This document shows positions 14,937-29,125 of a stretch of 64,000 bases of DNA, piece after piece. Made by a program: the position numbers and the translations under genes. The notes under the pieces were generated by a model. It was not told where the DNA came from. It searched no databases and was given only the letters and a program-made list of their open reading frames with translations. The stretch lies in contig OZ024758.1 of the NCBI GenBank assembly GCA_964016885.1, positions 23,746,001-23,810,000 on the forward strand, in the 5' to 3' direction. The stretch is from Eledone cirrhosa (taxonomy: Eukaryota). The number at the start of each line of letters is the position of its first letter. Position 1 is the first letter of the stretch.

Positions 14937-15690
14937 AATATATATATATAAGGAAAAAAGATGAAATCGAAAATGCAACTGGAGTCTTTTTAAAAAAAAA
15001 ATATATATATTTATTTGATTCCTTTACTGATTTCGCAGTTCTTCTGCTTTTCAAAAGTAGAGTTGAGATGGAGGATCTGTGGTTTTTCTCACATCAAAGG
15101 TATATATTGAGTTAGAAACTCAAAATAGTCTCTTACAATTAAATAGCTCAAGGAAAGAGATTTTTCCGAGCCGTGTAATATAATTGAATATAAAAGAGAG
15201 ATAAACACAGATATAAACAAACATGTGTTCAAATCGTAAGGGACCAGATTCGCTAGGGTGAAAAAAATACTAACTCTGAACAATAGAGTTTGCCAGACTC
15301 AATTTAAAGGAATAAATCAAGAAAATAAATACAAACCGATATTGGGGCAACAGCCAAATTGTTCATAGTTAGTATCTTTTTCATCTTAGCGAATCTGGTC
15401 CCTTACGATTTGAACACATATATGTATATATCTGTGTTTATCTCCCTTTTATATTCAATTATATTACACGGCTCGGAAAAATCTCTTTCCTTGAGCTATT
15501 TAATTGTAAGAGATTATTTTGAGTTTCTAACTCAATATATATCTTTGATGAGAGAAAAACCACAGACCCTCCATCTCAACTCTACTTTTGAAAAGCAGAA
15601 GAACTGCGAAACCGGTAAAAGAACCAAATAAATATATATATTTAAAAAAAAAAAGACTCCAGTTGCATTTTCGATTTCCTCTTTTTTCCT

Positions 15691-15700
<10 letters not shown>
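14937..15700. mobile_element. Fold-back element: ~345-bp inverted arms, ~70-bp spacer, ends in (TA)n
   Basis: 14937-15285 is the reverse complement of 15358-15700 (e.g. GAAAAAAGATGAAATCGAAAATGCAACTGGAGTC / GACTCCAGTTGCATTTTCGATTTCCTCTTTTTTCC). Confidence 0.9.
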
Positions 15701-15724
<24 letters not shown>

Positions 15725-15900
15725 TATATTATTTGACAATGATAACAAAGGCAAGTTATTTTACATATTTCATTCATTGTTTTACGATCATTTCGGAGGG
15801 TTGATCATATCGATATATTGACTGATCTATAGCAGTTAGAGAACTGAGACCTAATATATGGGTTCGATCGTACCGTCTTCTTCGGAAAGAAAGGCCACAT

Positions 15901-15980
<80 letters not shown>

Positions 15981-16419
15981 GTAGTAGAGCACTCAGTCCA
16001 TGGGACGAGTTTGGTAGAAGTTGTTCCACAACAGTTAGTTTACCATTACCGAGAACAATTGTTTCACCTTATTCGGATCATCAGCTCGGTTTAAATGAGG
16101 CTGTACGGAAAAAGAAAAACAACTGTACGAATACGTATGTGTAGAAACAGTCACTTCTCCCGGGGGGAGGTAAACACACAATAGATCAATGTAAGGGAGA
16201 TAACTGGATGCTCGGAATAAATTATTCATGTTATTCAGAATATTATAGATTGTTCATTTTAGTCAATTTGTAATTACGTAATAGGTGTTTCCAGAAGTGT
16301 GGACAACGTGGAAAAAGTTCTTCTTTGAATTTAGACAAGCGCTATTATGTAATCTTCCCAGGATATTGATACTTTCTTCAATGCACAGCCCACTATACGG
16401 ATTCCCATTTCCGTATGTA

Positions 16420-16642
<223 letters not shown>

Positions 16643-16975
16643 TTATGTGTGTATGAGCAGGTGTGTATGTACAAGTATGTGTGAGTGAATGCAGCAAATC
16701 TTTGTTCAAGATATGAACTTGTATTACAACTGGAATTGTTTTTTCATGTCTGATTTCCGTATCTCCAATTCAATTATTCCGCCTCTAAGTTATTTAGGTC
16801 GTTACATTAGTCTAATTACTATTCTATGCTAATATTTACTTCCCCCTCTCTGATTTCCAATCAATTCTTTTGTTTGATTTTCTCTGGAAATAATGAAAAG
16901 TGACTATTGTATTACACGTAAAGTAATAACTTATATGTCTGATGTCGCCGAGTGTTAGCAATTATGTATACTCGC

Positions 16976-17081
16976 TGTGTGTATATATGTATGTGTGTAT
17001 GTATGTAAGTGTCTGTGTGTGTAGGTATATATATGTGTGTATGTACGTATACATATGTATGTGTGCGTATGTGTGTACGTG

Positions 17082-17157
<76 letters not shown>

Positions 17158-17583
17158 TGTATATGTATATATATATGTATATATATGTATATGTAGATAA
17201 ATCTACCAAGAGTTTACGGTAGTGTCCAATCCATTTTATATATGTATATGTATATATATGTATATATATGTATATATATGTATATATATGTATATGTATA
17301 TGTATGTATATGTATATATATGTATATGTATGTATATGTATATATATGTATATGTATATATATGTATATGTATGTATATGTATATGTATATATATATATA
17401 TATGTATATGTATATGTATGTATATGTATATGTATATATATATATATATGTATATATATATGTATATGTATATGTATATATATATATATATGTATATATA
17501 TGTATATACGTGTGTATGTACGTATATATATATATATATATATAGTGTGTATGTATACGTTTATATGTGTGTGTATGCACAGC

Positions 17584-17617
<34 letters not shown>

Positions 17618-17990
17618 ACGTATATATATATATATATATATGTATGCACGCATATGTGTGTATGCACGCATGTGTGTGTGTATATGTACATATACACACA
17701 CATATATATATATATATATGTACATATATATATATATATGTACATATATATATGTGTATGCACGCATATTTTTGTGTGTATATGTACGTATATATATGTG
17801 TATGGGGGGGGGGGAGATGTGACTAGAGAGGAAGAGGGGGAGAAAGAGAGAGGTGGATAGTTGTTGGGAGAGAGATGTGAGTAGAAAGGGGGGAAAGATG
17901 TGAGAGAGAGATAGATGTGTGTAGAGAGGGGGGGGGGGAGAGAAAGAGACGGGGGGAGGGGAGGAATGGTGTCTGGGAGAGCAAGATATA
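16976..17990. repeat. (TA)/(TG)/(TATG) compound microsatellite and GA-rich tract
   Basis: Read directly from sequence. Confidence 0.93.
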
Positions 17991-18264
17991 AAGCTAGCGA
18001 TTAACATTGGGACGAAATTTATATTTTGGCTGGAAAGAATTTCATTTCTCTTACACACAAGTTACTATTGGTTAAGATATAAGTATGGTAATATCCGTTT
18101 CTACAATATCTTCCGAGGAGACGGAAACTACGGAAGTGGTGGTATTTCATTGCCACAATTTGGCGTGACACTCCAACAGCCTCAATAGTGATATATATGC
18201 TGCCTATAAGTAGTACCAAGAATCCAACGTCCTGCCTTCTTGCGCCCAAAAAGCAACATTCAGG

Positions 18265-18650
18265 CCACAAAATATACACGGATAGAGTGGTAGACGAGAA
18301 GATTGTAAAAGTGACATCTGTACACGAAGAATTCAAAGTCCTGACTTGTGCCTGAACCCCTTCCCATAAAAAGATAGAGCACCAAAGATACAGAGATAGA
18401 GTGACAGAGAAAAAGATCGTAAAAGCGACATCTGTACATGAAGAATTCAAAGTCCTGGTTTGTGCCAGAAACAAACAAACAAACAAAAGCGATAGCTGTA
18501 CATCAAGAATTCAGTACTGGTTTGTGCCAGAGCCCCTCTCCTCCTAAAACATAGGGCACCAAAGATACAGAGATAGAATGACAGTCAAGAAGATCGTAAA
18601 AGTGACATCTGTACTCTAACAATTCAAATCCTGGTTTGTGTCTGAACGAA
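18265..18650 (+). repeat. Diverged ~120-bp tandem repeat (3 full units plus one partial)
   Basis: Recurring GATAGAGTG...AAGATCGTAAAAGYGACATCTGTAC...GAATTCAAAGTCCTGGTTTGTGCC. Confidence 0.85.
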
Positions 18651-18654
18651 AATA

Positions 18655-19635
18655 ATAATTGTTTCTACTTTTGGCACAAGGCCAGTAATTATCCAGTACA
18701 TGACTGGTACTTTATTTTATCGACCCCGTAAGGATGAAAGGCAAAGTTAACCTCGGCGGGATTTGAACTCAGAATGGAAAGGGCCGTAACTCTATGCGTC
18801 AAAGCATGGCGTCCGACCCTCTACCGATACTGCCAATCCACCAATAAATATTGTCTGAACGAAAATAATAATGGTTTCTTATATAGACACAATGGCCAGC
18901 AATTTTTGGGGAGGGGAAAGTCGATTAATATCGACCCCAGTACGTTACTGGTGCTTTATTTTATCGACCCCGTAAGGATGAAAGGCAGAGTTAACTATTA
19001 TTGGCAGTATCGGTAGAGGGTCGGACGCCATACTTTGCAGCACCGAGTTACGGAACTTTACGGTCTGAGTATTTTATTTTATCGATCCCCCGCAAGGATG
19101 AAAGGTAAAGTTAACCTCGACGAGATTTGCACTCAGATCATAAAGGGCCGTAACTCTGTGCTGCAACGCATGGCGTCAGACCCTCTACCGATACTGTTAA
19201 TCAAATAATAATTGTTTATGCTTTTGGCACAAGGCCAGCAATTATCCCAGTACATTACTGGTACTTTATTTTATCGACCTCGCAAAGATGAAAGGCAAAT
19301 TTAAGCTTAGTAAGATTTGAACCCAGACCGTAAAGGGCCGTAACTCGGTGCTGCAAAGCATGGCGTCCGACCCTCTACCGATACTGACAATAATAATAAT
19401 AATGATAATAATAATAATAATAATGGTTTCTTATATAGGCACAGGGCCAGCAATTTTGGGGAAGGGGAAAGTCGATTAAAATCGACTTCAGTGCGCGACT
19501 GATATTTTATTTTATCGACCCCCGTAGGGATGAAAGGCAAAGTTAACCTCGACGGGATTTGAACTCAGACCGTAAAGGGACGTAACTATGTTAGAAAGCA
19601 TGTCGTCCGTCCCTCTACCGATACTGCCCAATCCA
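18655..19635 (-). mobile_element. Cluster of ~5-6 main-family SINE copies or fragments, mostly on the minus strand
   Basis: Repeated TTTTATCGACCCCGTAAGGATGAAAGGCAAAGTTAACCTCG and GACCCTCTACCGATACTG. Confidence 0.9.
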
Positions 19636-19688
19636 TCGAAGCCACGATAGATACACAGAAAGAATGACAGACGAAAAGATCGTAAAAT

Positions 19689-22600
19689 CGACATCTGTAC
19701 ATCGGGATTAGAGTGGTAACACTTGTGTCGACATCTGTACATCGGGATTAGAGTGGTAACACTTGTGTCGACATCTGTACATCGGGATTAGAGTGGTAAC
19801 ACTTGTGTCGACATCTGTACATCGGGATTAGAGTGGTAACACTTGTGTCGACATCTGTACATCGGGATTAGAGTGGTAACACTTGTGTCGACATCTGTAC
19901 ATCGGGATTAGAGTGGTAACACTTGTGTCGACATCTGTACATCGGGATTAGAGTGGTAACACTTGTGTCGACATCTGTACATCAGGATTAGAGTGGTAAC
20001 ACTTGTGTCGACATCTGTACATCGGGATTAGAGTGGTAACACTTGTGTCGACATCTGTACATCAGGATTAGAGTGGTAACACTTGTGTCGACATCTGTAC
20101 ATCAGGATTAGAGTGGTAACACTTGTCGACATCTGTACATCAGGATTAGAGTGGTAACACTTGTGTCGACATCTGTACATCAGGATTAGAGTGGTAACAC
20201 TTGTGTCGACATCTGTACATCGGGATTAGAGTGGTAACACTTGTGTCGACATCTGTACATCAGGATTAGAGTGGTAACACTTGTGTCGACATCTGTACAT
20301 CGGGATTAGAGTGGTAACACTTGTGTCGACATCTGTACATCAGGATTAGAGTGGTAACACTTGTCGACATCTGTACATCAGGATTAGAGTGGTAACACTT
20401 GTGTCGACATCTGTACATCGGGATTAGAGTGGTAACACTTGTGTCGACATCTGTACATCAGGATTAGAGTGGTAACACTTGTCGACATCTGTACATCAGG
20501 ATTAGAGTGGTAACACTTGTGTCGACATCTGTACATCAGGATTAGAGTGGTAACACTTGTGTCGACATCTGTACATCAGGATTAGAGTGGTAACACTTGT
20601 GTCGACATCTGTACATCGGGATTAGAGTGGTAACACTTGTGTCGACATCTGTACATCAGGATTAGAGTGGTAACACTTGTGTCGACATCTGTACATCAGG
20701 ATTAGAGTGGTAACACTTGTGTCGACATCTGTACATCGGGATTAGAGTGGTAACACTTGTGTCGACATCTGTACATCGGGATTAGAGTGGTAACACTTGT
20801 CGACATCTGTACATCAGGATTAGAGTGGTAACACTTGTGTCGACATCTGTACATCGGGATTAGAGTGGTAACACTTGTCGACATCTGTACATCGGGATTA
20901 GAGTGGTAACACTTGTGTCGACATCTGTACATCGGGATTAGAGTGGTAACACTTGTATCGACATCTGTACATCGGGATTAGAGTGGTAACACTTGTGTCG
21001 ACATCTGTACATCAGGATTAGAGTGGTAACACTTGTGTCGACATCTGTACATCAGGATTAGAGTGGTAACACTTGTGTCGACATCTGTACATCAGGATTA
21101 GAGTGGTAACACTTGTGTCGACATCTGTACATCGGGATTAGAGTGGTAACACTTGTGTCGACATCTGTACATCGGGATTAGAGTGGTAACACTTGTCGAC
21201 ATCTGTACATCGGGATTAGAGTGGTAACACTTGTCGACATCTGTACATCGGGATTAGAGTGGTAACACTTGTGTCGACATCTGTACATCAGGATTAGAGT
21301 GGTAACACTTGTGTCGACATCTGTACATCAGGATTAGAGTGGTAACACTTGTCGACATCTGTACATCGGGATTAGAGTGGTAACACTTGTCGACATCTGT
21401 ACATCGGGATTAGAGTGGTAACACTTGTGTCGACATCTGTACATCGGGATTAGAGTGGTAACACTTGTCGACATCTGTACATCGGGATTAGAGTGGTAAC
21501 ACTTGTGTCGACATCTGTACATCGGGATTAGAGTGGTAACACTTGTCGACATCTGTACATCGGGATTAGAGTGGTAACACTTGTGTCGACATCTGTACAT
21601 CGGGATTAGAGTGGTAACACTTGTATCGACATCTGTACATCGGGATTAGAGTGGTAACACTTGTGTCGACATCTGTACATCGGGATTAGAGTGGTAACAC
21701 TTGTGTCGACATCTGTACATCAGGATTAGAGTGGTAACACTTGTGTCGACATCTGTACATCGGGATTAGAGTGGTAACACTTGTGTCGACATCTGTACAT
21801 CGGGATTAGAGTGGTAACACTTGTGTCGACATCTGTACATCAGGATTAGAGTGGTAACACTTGTCGACATCTGTACATCAGGATTAGAGTGGTAACACTT
21901 GTCGACATCTGTACATCGGGATTAGAGTGGTAACACTTGTGTCGACATCTGTACATCGGGATTAGAGTGGTAACACTTGTCGACATCTGTACATCAGGAT
22001 TAGAGTGGTAACACTTGTGTCGACATCTGTACATCAGGATTAGAGTGGTAACACTTGTGTCGACATCTGTACATCAGGATTAGAGTGGTAACACTTGTGT
22101 CGACATCTGTACATCGGGATTAGAGTGGTAACACTTGTGTCGACATCTGTACATCAGGATTAGAGTGGTAACACTTGTGTCGACATCTGTACATCGGGAT
22201 TAGAGTGGTAACACTTGTGTCGACATCTGTACATCGGGATTAGAGTGGTAACACTTGTGTCGACATCTGTACATCAGGATTAGAGTGGTAACACTTGTGT
22301 CGACATCTGTACATCGGGATTAGAGTGGTAACACTTGTGTCGACATCTGTACATCGGGATTAGAGTGGTAACACTTGTGTCGACATCTGTACATCAGGAT
22401 TAGAGTGGTAACACTTGTGTCGACATCTGTACATCGGGATTAGAGTGGTAACACTTGTGTCGACATCTGTACATCAGGATTAGAGTGGTAACACTTGTGT
22501 CGACATCTGTACATCGGGATTAGAGTGGTAACACTTGTGTCGACATCTGTACATCAGGATTAGAGTGGTAACACTTGTGTCGACATCTGTACATCGGGAT

Positions 22601-25600
22601 TAGAGTGGTAACACTTGTGTCGACATCTGTACATCGGGATTAGAGTGGTAACACTTGTGTCGACATCTGTACATCGGGATTAGAGTGGTAACACTTGTGT
22701 CGACATCTGTACATCGGGATTAGAGTGGTAACACTTGTGTCGACATCTGTACATCAGGATTAGAGTGGTAACACTTGTGTCGACATCTGTACATCGGGAT
22801 TAGAGTGGTAACACTTGTGTCGACATCTGTACATCGGGATTAGAGTGGTAACACTTGTGTCGACATCTGTACATCGGGATTAGAGTGGTAACACTTGTGT
22901 CGACATCTGTACATCGGGATTAGAGTGGTAACACTTGTGTCGACATCTGTACATCGGGATTAGAGTGGTAACACTTGTGTCGACATCTGTACATCAGGAT
23001 TAGAGTGGTAACACTTGTGTCGACATCTGTACATCGGGATTAGAGTGGTAACACTTGTGTCGACATCTGTACATCGGGATTAGAGTGGTAACACTTGTGT
23101 CGACATCTGTACATCGGGATTAGAGTGGTAACACTTGTGTCGACATCTGTACATCGGATTAGAGTGGTAACACTTGTGTCGACATCTGTACATCGGGATT
23201 AGAGTGGTAACACTTGTGTCGACATCTGTACATCGGGATTAGAGTGGTAACACTTGTGTCGACATCTGTACATCAGGATTAGAGTGGTAACACTTGTGTC
23301 GACATCTGTACATCGGGATTAGAGTGGTAACACTTGTCGACATCTGTACATCAGGATTAGAGTGGTAACACTTGTCGACATCTGTACATCAGGATTAGAG
23401 TGGTAACACTTGTCGACATCTGTACATCAGGATTAGAGTGGTAACACTTGTGTCGACATCTGTACATCAGGATTAGAGTGGTAACACTTGTCGACATCTG
23501 TACATCAGGATTAGAGTGGTAACACTTGTCGACATCTGTACATCGGGATTAGAGTGGTAACACTTGTCGACATCTGTACATCAGGATTAGAGTGGTAACA
23601 CTTGTGTCGACATCTGTACATCGGGATTAGAGTGGTAACACTTGTGTCGACATCTGTACATCGGGATTAGAGTGGTAACACTTGTGTCGACATCTGTACA
23701 TCAGGATTAGAGTGGTAACACTTGTCGACATCTGTACATCGGGATTAGAGTGGTAACACTTGTGTCGACATCTGTACATCAGGATTAGAGTGGTAACACT
23801 TGTGTCGACATCTGTACATCAGGATTAGAGTGGTAACACTTGTGTCGACATCTGTACATCAGGATTAGAGTGGTAACACTGTGTCGACATCTGTACATCA
23901 GGATTAGAGTGGTAACACTTGTGTCGACATCTGTACATCAGGATTAGAGTGGTAACACTTGTGTCGACATCTGTACATCGGGATTAGAGTGGTAACACTT
24001 GTGTCGACATCTGTACATCAGGATTAGAGTGGTAACACTTGTGTCGACATCTGTACATCGGGATTAGAGTGGTAACACTTGTGTCGACATCTGTACATCG
24101 GGATTAGAGTGGTAACACTTGTGTCGACATCTGTACATCGGGATTAGAGTGGTAACACTTGTGTCGACATCTGTACATCAGGATTAGAGTGGTAACACTT
24201 GTCGACATCTGTACATCAGGATTAGAGTGGTAACACTTGTGTCGACATCTGTACATCAGGATTAGAGTGGTAACACTTGTGTCGACATCTGTACATCGGG
24301 ATTAGAGTGGTAACACTTGTGTCGACATCTGTACATCAGGATTAGAGTGGTAACACTTGTGTCGACATCTGTACATCGGGATTAGAGTGGTAACACTTGT
24401 GTCGACATCTGTACATCGGGATTAGAGTGGTAACACTTGTGTCGACATCTGTACATCGGGATTAGAGTGGTAACACTTGTCGACATCTGTACATCAGGAT
24501 TAGAGTGGTAACACTTGTGTCGACATCTGTACATCAGGATTAGAGTGGTAACACTTGTGTCGACATCTGTACATCAGGATTAGAGTAGGTAACACTTGTG
24601 TCGACATCTGTACATCGGGATTAGAGTGGTAACACTTGTGTCGACATCTGTACATCAGGATTAGAGTGGTAACACTTGTCGACATCTGTACATCAGGATT
24701 AGAGTGGTAACACTTGTGTCGACATCTGTACATCAGGATTAGAGTGGTAACACTTGTGTCGACATCTGTACATCAGGATTAGAGTGGTAACACTTGTGTC
24801 GACATCTGTACATCAGGATTAGAGTGGTAACACTTGTGTCGACATCTGTACATCAGGATTAGAGTGGTAACACTTGTGTCGACATCTGTACATCAGGATT
24901 AGAGTGGTAACACTTGTGTCGACATCTGTACATCAGGGATTAGAGTGGTAACACTTGTGTCGACATCTGTACATCAGGATTAGAGTGGTAACACTTGTGT
25001 CGACATCTGTACATCGGGATTAGAGTGGTAACACTTGTGTCGACATCTGTACATCAGGATTAGAGTGGTAACACTTGTCGACATCTGTACATCGGGATTA
25101 GAGTGGTAACACTTGTGTCGACATCTGTACATCGGGATTAGAGTGGTAACACTTGTGTCGACATCTGTACATCGGGATTAGAGTGGTAACACTTGTGTCG
25201 ACATCTGTACATCAGGATTAGAGTGGTAACACTTGTCGACATCTGTACATCGGGATTAGAGTGGTAACACTTGTGTCGACATCTGTACATCGGGATTAGA
25301 GTGGTAACACTTGTGTCGACATCTGTACATCGGGATTAGAGTGGTAACACTTGTGTCGACATCTGTACATCAGGATTAGACTGGTAACACTTGTCGACAT
25401 CTGTACATCGAGGATTAGAGTGGTAACACTTGTGTCGACATCTGTACATCAGGATTAGAGTGGTAACACTTGTGTCGACATCTGTACATCAGGGATTAGA
25501 GTGGTAACACTTGTGTCGACATCTGTACATCAGGATTAGAGTGGTAACACTTGTGTCGACATCTGTACATCGGGATTAGAGTGGTAACACTTGTGTCGAC

Positions 25601-27592
25601 ATCTGTACATCAGGATTAGAGTGGTAACACTTGTCGACATCTGTACATCGGGATTAGAGTGGTAACACTTGTGTCGACATCTGTACATCGGGATTAGAGT
25701 GGTAACACTTGTGTCGACATCTGTACATCGGATTAGAGTGGTAACACTTGTGTCGACATCTGTACATCAGGATTAGAGTGGTAACACTTGTCGACATCTG
25801 TACATCGGGATTAGAGTGGTAACACTTGTGTCGACATCTGTACATCGGGATTAGAGTGGTAACACTTGTGTCGACATCTGTACATCGGGATTAGAGTGGT
25901 AACACTTGTGTCGACATCTGTACATCGGGATTAGAGTGGTAACACTTGTGTCGACATCTGTACATCGGGATTAGAGTGGTAACACTTGTGTCGACATCTG
26001 TACATCGGGATTAGAGTGGTAACACTTGTGTCGACATCTGTACATCGGGATTAGAGTGGTAACACTTGTGTCGACATCTGTACATCAGGATTAGAGTGGT
26101 AACACTTGTGTCGACATCTGTACATCGGGATTAGAGTGGTAACACTTGTGTCGACATCTGTACATCGGGATTAGAGTGGTAACACTTGTGTCGACATCTG
26201 TACATCGGGATTAGAGTGGTAACACTTGTGTCGACATCTGTACATCGGGATTAGAGTGGTAACACTTGTGTCGACATCTGTACATCGGGATTAGAGTGGT
26301 AACACTTGTGTCGACATCTGTACATCGGGATTAGAGTGGTAACACTTGTGTCGACATCTGTACATCGGGATTAGAGTGGTAACACTTGTGTCGACATCTG
26401 TACATCGGGATTAGAGTGGTAACACTTGTGTCGACATCTGTACATCGGGATTAGAGTGGTAACACTTGTGTCGACATCTGTACATCGGGATTAGAGTGGT
26501 AACACTTGTGTCGACATCTGTACATCGGGATTAGAGTGGTAACACTTGTGTCGACATCTGTACATCAGGATTAGAGTGGTAACACTTGTGTCGACATCTG
26601 TACATCAGGATTAGAGTGGTAACACTTGTGTCGACATCTGTACATCAGGATTAGAGTGGTAACACTTGTGTCGACATCTGTACATCAGGATTAGAGTGGT
26701 AACACTTGTGTCGACATCTGTACATCAGGATTAGAGTGGTAACACTTGTGTCGACATCTGTACATCGGGATTAGAGTGGTAACACTTGTGTCGACATCTG
26801 TACATCGGGATTAGAGTGGTAACACTTGTGTCGACATCTGTACATCAGGATTAGAGTGGTAACACTTGTGTCGACATCTGTACATCGGGATTAGAGTGGT
26901 AACACTTGTGTCGACATCTGTACATCGGGATTAGAGTGGTAACACTTGTGTCGACATCTGTACATCAGGATTAGAGTGGTAACACTTGTGTCGACATCTG
27001 TACATCGGGATTAGAGTGGTAACACTTGTGTCGACATCTGTACATCGGGATTAGAGTGGTAACACTTGTGTCGACATCTGTACATCGGGATTAGAGTGGT
27101 AACACTTGTGTCGACATCTGTACATCGGGATTAGAGTGGTAACACTTGTGTCGACATCTGTACATCGGGATTAGAGTGGTAACACTTGTGTCGACATCTG
27201 TACATCAGGATTAGAGTGGTAACACTTGTGTCGACATCTGTACATCGGGATTAGAGTGGTAACACTTGTGTCGACATCTGTACATCGGGATTAGAGTGGT
27301 AACACTTGTGTCGACATCTGTACATCGGGATTAGAGTGGTAACACTTGTGTCGACATCTGTACATCGGGATTAGAGTGGTAACACTTGTGTCGACATCTG
27401 TACATCGGGATTAGAGTGGTAACACTTGTGTCGACATCTGTACATCAGGATTAGAGTGGTAACACTTGTGTCGACATCTGTACATCGGGATTAGAGTGGT
27501 AACACTTGTGTCGACATCTGTACATCGGGATTAGAGTGGTAACACTTGTGTCGACATCTGTACATCGGGATTAGAGTGGTAACACTTGTGTA
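19689..27592. repeat. 40-bp satellite GTCGACATCTGTACATC(G/A)GGATTAGAGTGGTAACACTTGT, ~200 copies, with 38-bp variants
   Basis: Near-perfect period 40 over ~7.9 kb; SalI (GTCGAC) and BsrGI (TGTACA) sites in nearly every unit. Confidence 0.99.
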
Positions 27593-28152
27593 ACACAAGA
27601 ACCGCTCTGCAAGCCTCTGTGATTGTTATCTGCTCTTATATAATATCTTTTATGTAGCCTAATGTTGTCCATTATATTCTATTTTAATAGAAAAAAAAAA
27701 TGTCCGGTATTCATTGATGTTTTAATACGTCCTTGTTTCATCGGGAGAAATCAATAAAATGGCGGTATTATTCCTGTTTTTTCCTTTTAAGTGAGAATTA
27801 TCGAAAATTTGAAATTTTAAATATTAAAAAAATATCTAATCTTTAACCTTTCCCCCGTTTACTCTTACATCACATATTTTTGTTTACGCTCTCTATTTCT
27901 CTTATCTGTATATCTGGTTAACTTACAATCAACTACGTGTAAAAGAGTTCAGTACAGACGATTTTTTTTTCTACAGATATAGTGAAAGCAGGATCCCTAC
28001 TCTTTAGTGATAAAAATAACTCTTTAGTAATCGCAAATGTCCAGTATATATATTTAGTATATATATATATATATATATATACAGTATATGGCCCAATGCT
28101 CTGATACCATCAACACCATAAACACAGAGCTGGCATATCTAAGAACTGACTA

Positions 28153-28196
28153 ACTGCCTGATGAGGTCATAGCCATTCAGAAATATATATAGCAGT
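28153..28196 (+). ncRNA. Type-I hammerhead ribozyme-like motif (degenerate stem II)
   Basis: ACTGC-CTGATGA-ggtcatagccattca-GAAA-TATATA-TA-GCAGT; 5-bp stem I, palindromic stem III. Confidence 0.55.
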
Positions 28197-28266
28197 AAAT
28201 AAAGGATTATGAGTTCATACAATTGACTTATATTTTGTCACTATATATATATGTAAATAATTATTT

Positions 28267-28453
28267 AATTGTTTCTATTTTAGGCACAAGGCCAGCAATT
28301 ACCCAGTACATTACTGGTACTTTATTTTATCGACCCCGTAAGGATGAAAGGCAAAGTTAACCTCGGCGGGATTTGAACTCAGATCTTAAAGGGACGTAAC
28401 TCTATGCTTCAAAGCATGGTGTCCGACTCTCTACCGATACTGCCAATCCACCA
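28267..28453 (-). mobile_element. Full-length main-family SINE
   Basis: Same motifs. Confidence 0.92.
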
Positions 28454-28632
28454 ATATATAATTATTAATGTCTTTTTAGTTCATCAGATGAAATATCTTT
28501 GGGTAATGGAATAATTATAGTGTTGTTTATTACATAATTAAATAGCTCTGTACTATACATAGAGCACTCTTCTTTCCTTTACCTTTTCTACGGAAATACT
28601 TAACACACACACATACACACACACACACACAC

Positions 28633-28663
<31 letters not shown>

Positions 28664-28830
28664 AAATAAATAGTTATTAGCGTTCCTGCCTCAGTACCGT
28701 AGTAAGTAAGAGTCCACTGAAGATGGACAAATGATGAATTAGATATGCACGGCGTTCTTACACGGTTAATAAGGTAGCCGTGACATGATCATGGCTTAAA
28801 ATACACACAGCGAGACTATATGTATGTATA

Positions 28831-29092
28831 TCTATATACTACTAAAACTCTGTGATTGCTTGCTTGCTTGCTTGTCTGTAATGTAATACAGCCAATAGGG
28901 CGCATAATGGGAAAATACTTTGAAAGGAAATTGACCCTGAAATAGGAATACAAATAGAATAAAACAAGTTTCGCGTAAATCGGAGCACAGTATTCAGAGA
29001 TATGGGGTTTTCCGGGTACCTTCATAAACAGAGAGAGAGAAGGATAGAGAGAAAGATATAGTGGTTGTGAGAGAGTAGATATAAGCAGGGAC

Positions 29093-29125
<33 letters not shown>

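Noticed and set aside
19689-27592. CRISPR array or repetitive protein in the 40-bp satellite
   Set aside because: No unique spacers, no cas genes, eukaryotic context; the period of 40 brings a stop codon into every frame
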